Virus record (IMG/VR): IMGVR_UViG_2700989659_000001
Direction: 5' to 3' (one strand)
Length of the DNA stretch: 20,000 bases
Source of the DNA: an uncultured virus (IMG/VR IMGVR_UViG_2700989659_000001)
Taxonomy: Duplodnaviria > Heunggongvirae > Uroviricota > Caudoviricetes
Of the stretch, positions 15,885 through 20,000 are shown in pieces; position 1 is the first letter of the stretch, and each line of letters opens with the position of its first letter. A program made the position numbers and the translations under genes. The notes beneath the pieces are model-generated. The model had not been told where the DNA came from. It was given only the letters and a program-made list of their open reading frames with translations, and made no database searches.

Positions 15885-16109
15885 TTAATTCAGCGCCCTT
15901 GCTTTAATTCCAATTAATCCATGTACCTGTTCCACATCATCTGCTATAAAGTAATAATCTTTATCCTTATGCGAATACTCTATTCTTCCTTTAGTCCAAG
16001 TATCATCCACTAGAATTTCTATCGATTCTCCTGATGTAAAATAAGTTACTTCTGGAATTTCATATCTTCATTGACTATTATGTTTCAAAAAAACTTATTT
16101 GATTTTCAC
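15885..16109 (-). pseudogene. DUF5348-like gene with in-frame stops
   Basis: LKHNSQ*RYEIPEVTYFTSGESIEILVDDTWTKGRIEYSHKDKDYYF...GLIGIKARALN; TGA at 16068-16070 sits where GGA (GRYEI) is expected; a second stop TAA at 16095-16097. Confidence 0.55.
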
Positions 16110-16114
16110 CCTTA

Positions 16115-16306
16115 TTACCTTCCTAAATCTTTTTTTATCTGTTCCATTGCTAATGCAACTACTCTCTCTCCGAATTGTTTCTCTGAAATTTCAATCATTG
16201 CTTCTCCAAGACTTCTTATATACATTTCTCTATCCTCTATCGGAAGCATAATTACCTTAATTGGTTCTTTTTTTCTTCTTCTTGGTCTATTAGCCATAAT
16301 TACCAC
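16115..16306 (-). CDS. Small basic hypothetical protein downstream of cro
   Basis: ORF with RPRRRKK N-terminus; GGGTGG SD-like sequence. Confidence 0.6.
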   Translation of the reverse strand: MVIMANRPRRRKKEPIKVIMLPIEDREMYIRSLGEAMIEISEKQFGERVVALAMEQIKKDLGR

Positions 16307-16430
16307 CCACTAAGAAATTTATATTATTTTATTCACTTGATTCCAATTTTGTTACTCCATCTCCATTGTTTTACTTAACACAAGCTATTTCTTCTATTTT
16401 AAATTCTATTTATTGTTTATTTTTCTGCCC

Positions 16431-16667
16431 CTACATTTTCGTTTCATCGTCTTCGTATAACTCTTTAAATAGTTCAATCACATCTTTGTCTGGAAAGAAA
16501 GCTCTGTTAATAGTGAATGCCTCATTTAAAAATAAAGGTCTTTTACCAGAAAGTTTTCCTCCCATAGTATCCCTATTAACTCCTACTTTTTCTGCGATTT
16601 GTTTAATTGTAATTCGTTTCCTCGCCATTTCTGCTCTCAAAGTTGAAAATCTAATTGAATCTTTCAT
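16431..16667 (-). CDS. Cro-like XRE HTH regulator (78 aa)
   Basis: LRAEMARKRITIKQIAEKVGVNRDTMGGKLSG; GAGGTGG SD before ATG 16667; divergent from the repressor. Confidence 0.85.
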   Translation of the reverse strand: MKDSIRFSTLRAEMARKRITIKQIAEKVGVNRDTMGGKLSGKRPLFLNEAFTINRAFFPDKDVIELFKELYEDDETKM

Positions 16668-16686
16668 ATTTCTCCACCTCTCTTCC

Positions 16687-16788
16687 ACGCATTGCGTTGT
16701 TTGTGTTTTAATATTATCGCGCATTGCGCTAAAAGTCAATACCTTTTTTTAAAATAAATATTGCAATGCGCGAAAAATAAAGTATAAT
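16687..16788. promoter_or_regulatory. Lysis/lysogeny switch: three operators and divergent promoters
   Basis: ACGCATTGCGT (16687-16697), GCGCATTGCGC (16719-16729), TTGCAATGCGC (16761-16771); minus-strand TTGACT-N17-TAATAT (16739-16711); plus-strand TTGCAA-N16-TATAAT (16761-16788). Confidence 0.85.
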
Positions 16789-16811
16789 AGAATTATATGG
16801 AGGTGCAAAGC

Positions 16812-17354
16812 ATGGAATTTTATAAAATATTACTTGAAATTATGGATGAAAAATCCTTGAAAATACCAGATGTTGCAAGGCTAACTGGATTATCTGATTC
16901 AACGATAAGAAGCATAATTGCTAGAAAAACTAAAAATATCACTTTGGAAGTTGCTTTTAAAATGTCAAAAGGTTTAGGTGTAAGTTTAGAAAGATTAAAC
17001 GGGGAAAATTCTTTTCCTTTAGAAAATGTTTCGCCTGGTTCAGAATCACTATTATTAGAAAACTACAATAAACTAAATGATTTAGGAAAGGATAAACTAA
17101 TTGAATATAGTAATGATTTAACCGAAACACCTAAATACATAGAAATTAATAACAGTAACAATGTTACTGAATTAATTACTGCTACTAAAGAATGTGAAGA
17201 ATTCAAGCCGCTAACATCATTTGATAGTTTCACAACTGTAGCCGCTCACTATGATGAATTAACTGACGAAGAAAAAGCTGAAGCTGATAGAAGAATATTA
17301 GAACACTTGAATAAAATAAAATTAGAAGAATTCAATAGTAAGAAAAAGAGTTAA
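16812..17354 (+). CDS. CI/ImmR-like XRE repressor
   Basis: N-terminal HTH (LKIPDVARLTGLSDSTIRSII...KGLGVSLERL), YNKLNDLGKDKLIEY and TVAAH motifs typical of ImmA-partnered repressors; GGAGGTG SD before 16812. Confidence 0.9.
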   Translation: MEFYKILLEIMDEKSLKIPDVARLTGLSDSTIRSIIARKTKNITLEVAFKMSKGLGVSLERLNGENSFPLENVSPGSESLLLENYNKLNDLGKDKLIEYSNDLTETPKYIEINNSNNVTELITATKECEEFKPLTSFDSFTTVAAHYDELTDEEKAEADRRILEHLNKIKLEEFNSKKKS

Positions 17355-17368
17355 TTGGGGCGATAATT

Positions 17369-17878
17369 ATGACAAGGTATGAGAATTTAGTCGTTTATGC
17401 TAAGAGCATTGGTGCTAATGTTGAAGAAATGGACTTTGGCATCGATAAAAAATGTGGAAGATGTATTGACAATTATATATTTATAAATAGTAGAATGACT
17501 CAATGTGAAAAATATGAGGTTCTTTCCGAAGAGATAGGTCATTATAAAACCACATTCGGGAACATAACAAATCAAAATAATATTATAAATTTAAAATCAG
17601 AAAATTTGGCTCGTAGAGAAAGTTATAAACTAATTGCTAAACCTGGCAAAATAGTTAATGCAATAAAAAATGGTGCTAGAACTTCTTATGAAATTGCTGA
17701 TTGCCTTAATGTGACCATCGAGACTCTTTTTGACGTAATAGATGATTTGAAACATCAATATGGCATACGTATTCTTATTGATGATTATTATTTATACTTA
17801 GAACCACATTTAGATATAGCATTTAATAAAACTAGTTTGAGAGATAGTAACAGTTGTTTAAATTCATTTGTTTTATAA
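17369..17878 (+). CDS. ImmA/IrrE-family metallopeptidase (anti-repressor protease)
   Basis: IFINS...VLSEEIGHY.T..GNI...E..AR (EExxH variant of HExxH); sits between repressor and integrase. Confidence 0.85.
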   Translation: MTRYENLVVYAKSIGANVEEMDFGIDKKCGRCIDNYIFINSRMTQCEKYEVLSEEIGHYKTTFGNITNQNNIINLKSENLARRESYKLIAKPGKIVNAIKNGARTSYEIADCLNVTIETLFDVIDDLKHQYGIRILIDDYYLYLEPHLDIAFNKTSLRDSNSCLNSFVL

Positions 17879-17964
17879 ATCCATAAAATATCATTCGATT
17901 CTTAAATATAATATATAATTTGAAATTAACATATAATATTCTATACTAAAACGAGGTGAAATAA

Positions 17965-19641
17965 ATGAAAGTAGCAATTTATTCCCGTAAGAGCAAGTTT
18001 ACAGAGGAAGGCGAATCTATAGAAAATCAAATTAATATGTGTATTAAATATGCTGAAAACATGTTAAATTTAACAGATTATGAAATATACGAAGATGAAG
18101 GCTTTTCTGGTGGTAATACTAACAGACCTCATTTTCAAAAACTTATGAAAGACATAAAAAATAAAAAGTTCACCCATCTTATCTGCTATAGATTAGATAG
18201 AATATCTAGAAATGTTGCTGACTTTACTAGCACACTGGAAATATTAAATAAACACGGAGTATCTTTTGTTAGTATTAAAGAACAATTCGATACTTCAACT
18301 GCGATGGGTAGAGCTATGATGAATGTAAGTGCAACATTTGCCCAGCTTGAAAGAGAAACTATTGCAGAACGTATAAAAGATAATCTTAGAGAATTAAGCA
18401 AAACTGGTAGATGGCTTGGTGGCCCTGCTCCACTAGGCTATAAATCAGTACAAGTCGAAAATAATGATCTAAAAGGTAAAAGTAGAAAAAAACATGTACT
18501 TCAAATTGAAGATAATGATATTAATATTGTTAAATTAGTTTTTGAGTTATTCAAAAAATATAAGAGCTTTCAAAAAGTAAGCTTAGCATTAGAGAATCAA
18601 GGAGTTTATAGCCGTAAAGGACGTGTTTTTTCAAGGGAACTTGTTAAGCAAATGATTAATAATCCTGTTTATGTTATAGCTGATAAAGTAATTCTCGATT
18701 TCTTTAGAAACTATGATTGTGAAATTTATCGAAAAGATAGCGTAAATGGATCTAATGCTATAATGCCTTATAATCGCAGAAAAGAGAATGGTAGTTTTGC
18801 TAAAATTGAAGCTTGGCTAATATCTGTAGGAGAACATCCTGGTATAATATCTAGCCGAGATTGGATAGACTGTCAAAATATTTGTAAAGAAATAAAATTA
18901 AAAGCATCTAACAGACAATGCACCAGTCAGGAGGCTTTATTAAGTGGATTGGTCATATGTGCTCACTGCGGTTCTAGTATGGCTCCAAGAAAACAATTAA
19001 ACAAATGTGTAAATTCTAATATAAATATTTATAGATATTATACGTGTAATTTGAAAAATAAAGCTGGTAACAGATGTAAAAATACATCTTTAAATGCATA
19101 TGAGGCTGAAGAGTATGTGGTTAATACAATCAAAAATATGACAAAAGATGATATTTTAGATATGTATCTAGATTCTAAACATAAAGCTGCCATCAAAGTT
19201 AACAACAACAATTTAATTAAAAATTTAGCTAAACAAATAGAAACTAACAAACAGATGATTAGCAATCTTTCTAAACGAGTCGGTTCTTCTAATGACGAAG
19301 ATCTTATATCTAGCTACGAAGATGAAATAAAGCAATTAAAACAGGAAAATAGAAAATTAGATGAACAAATGATAAAATTAGAATATGAAAATGATAATAT
19401 TCAAGATATAAAAAATGATATTTCTCAAGTGATTGAGTTATATAATAATTTCAAAAGATTTTACGATGTAACCGAGAAATTTGAAGATAAGAAACGACTT
19501 ATAGCTAGTGTAGTTAAATTTATTGTTTGGGATAGTAGCACAAATTCAATTAAAGTTGTTCCTATAGGCTCAAGCCTTACAAGAAGAGATTTTGGTAATG
19601 TTGCATTTAAGTCAACTGACCAGAAGAAATGGCCCATGTAG
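17965..19641 (+). CDS. Large serine recombinase (prophage integrase)
   Basis: AIYSRKS catalytic motif, YEDEGFSG, RLDRISR, FAQLERETIAER, LLSGLVICAHCG zinc ribbon and coiled coil. Confidence 0.97.
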   Translation: MKVAIYSRKSKFTEEGESIENQINMCIKYAENMLNLTDYEIYEDEGFSGGNTNRPHFQKLMKDIKNKKFTHLICYRLDRISRNVADFTSTLEILNKHGVSFVSIKEQFDTSTAMGRAMMNVSATFAQLERETIAERIKDNLRELSKTGRWLGGPAPLGYKSVQVENNDLKGKSRKKHVLQIEDNDINIVKLVFELFKKYKSFQKVSLALENQGVYSRKGRVFSRELVKQMINNPVYVIADKVILDFFRNYDCEIYRKDSVNGSNAIMPYNRRKENGSFAKIEAWLISVGEHPGIISSRDWIDCQNICKEIKLKASNRQCTSQEALLSGLVICAHCGSSMAPRKQLNKCVNSNINIYRYYTCNLKNKAGNRCKNTSLNAYEAEEYVVNTIKNMTKDDILDMYLDSKHKAAIKVNNNNLIKNLAKQIETNKQMISNLSKRVGSSNDEDLISSYEDEIKQLKQENRKLDEQMIKLEYENDNIQDIKNDISQVIELYNNFKRFYDVTEKFEDKKRLIASVVKFIVWDSSTNSIKVVPIGSSLTRRDFGNVAFKSTDQKKWPM

Positions 19642-19645
19642 AAAT
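19600..19645. other. Prophage-host att junction (crossover near 19621)
   Basis: CotJC-like frame EEMAHVE starts at 19623; upstream the frame reads xP rather than the conserved DIGT, so homology ends at about ...CTGAC|CAGAAGAAATG. Confidence 0.75.
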
Positions 19646-20000
19646 AATTGCTACAATGGTATATCAACTTATGGAAAACGCAACTATAGAAGAGATAAAA
19701 AAAGCAGGACTTGCTGGGCATTATGCTGATCATAGAAAAGCAGTATTTTATACAGATGCAACAGGAAATCCATGGACTGCAACTTATATACAAGCCAAAG
19801 GCGATGTAATTGCTGATTTACATGAAGATTTAGCTGCTGAACAAAAAGCACGAGCAACTTATGAAAATTTAATACACTTAACTGATGAACCACAAATTAA
19901 AGAAATATTAACATTCTTAAGAGAAAGAGAAGTCGTTCACTATCAAAGATTTGGTGAATGCTTAGAACACGTTCAAGATGCAATGTGCTTAAAAAAATAA
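19623..20000 (+). pseudogene. cotJC: 3' part of prophage-interrupted spore coat protein CotJC (manganese catalase family)
   Basis: EEMAHVEIIATMVYQL...GNPWTATYIQAKGDVIADLHEDLAAEQKARATY...FLREREVVHYQRF; the N-terminal third (GGxxGE, LLTDIGT) is missing. Confidence 0.9.

Larger units (their letters stand above)
1..19622. mobile_element. Temperate prophage (integrase, immunity and early/replication modules); continues beyond the left edge
   Basis: Serine recombinase-ImmA-repressor/Cro-antirepressor-ERF-initiator-RecU gene order is typical of Firmicutes temperate phages; ends abruptly against a 5'-truncated host cotJC. Confidence 0.95.

Noticed and set aside
17369..17878. ImmA inactivated because HExxH reads EEIGH
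   Set aside because: EExGH is a common variant in Firmicutes phage ImmA-like proteins, so it is not evidence of decay
16071..19893. ORFs 16071..16313 (+), 16366..16752 (+), 17387..17575 (-), 18186..18401 (-), 19038..19265 (-), 19461..19793 (-), 19684..19893 (-)
   Set aside because: Antisense to recognisable genes, with no translation signals or motifs; none can be supported as a directionality factor
19629..20000. Complete stand-alone 123-aa manganese catalase gene
   Set aside because: Lacks the N-terminal third of the family, has no SD, and homology extends upstream of the ATG (EE at 19623-19628), so it is a split-gene fragment

Overview
Low-GC, Clostridium-like DNA holding the integrase end of a temperate prophage (about 1-19622) inserted in the host spore-coat gene cotJC. 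Only the 3' two-thirds of cotJC (about 19623-20000) is in the window. From right to left: a large serine recombinase whose ORF runs across the att junction, an ImmA-like metallopeptidase, a CI/Cro switch with three GCAWTGC operators, and a long minus-strand early operon. That operon encodes an ORF6N antirepressor, a Spo0E-like protein, an ERF recombinase, a DUF1351-like protein, a replication initiator with 11-bp iterons, two sporulation-type sigma factors, an HNH-like protein, a beta clamp, a frameshifted nucleoid-associated protein, an ASCH-like protein and RecU. Several independently transcribed morons interrupt it. The most striking feature missing from the ORF track is a ~290-bp cassette (5446-5733) encoding a 28-aa peptide with 15 Cys. 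It has its own SD, a sigK-like promoter and an intrinsic terminator, plus a perfect 15-bp complement of the terminator 5' arm placed upstream of its promoter. I infer this makes a terminator that stops the moron's own transcript but lets the phage early transcript read through. Overall the element looks wired into host sporulation. Family assignments come from motif recognition by eye; no searches were run.
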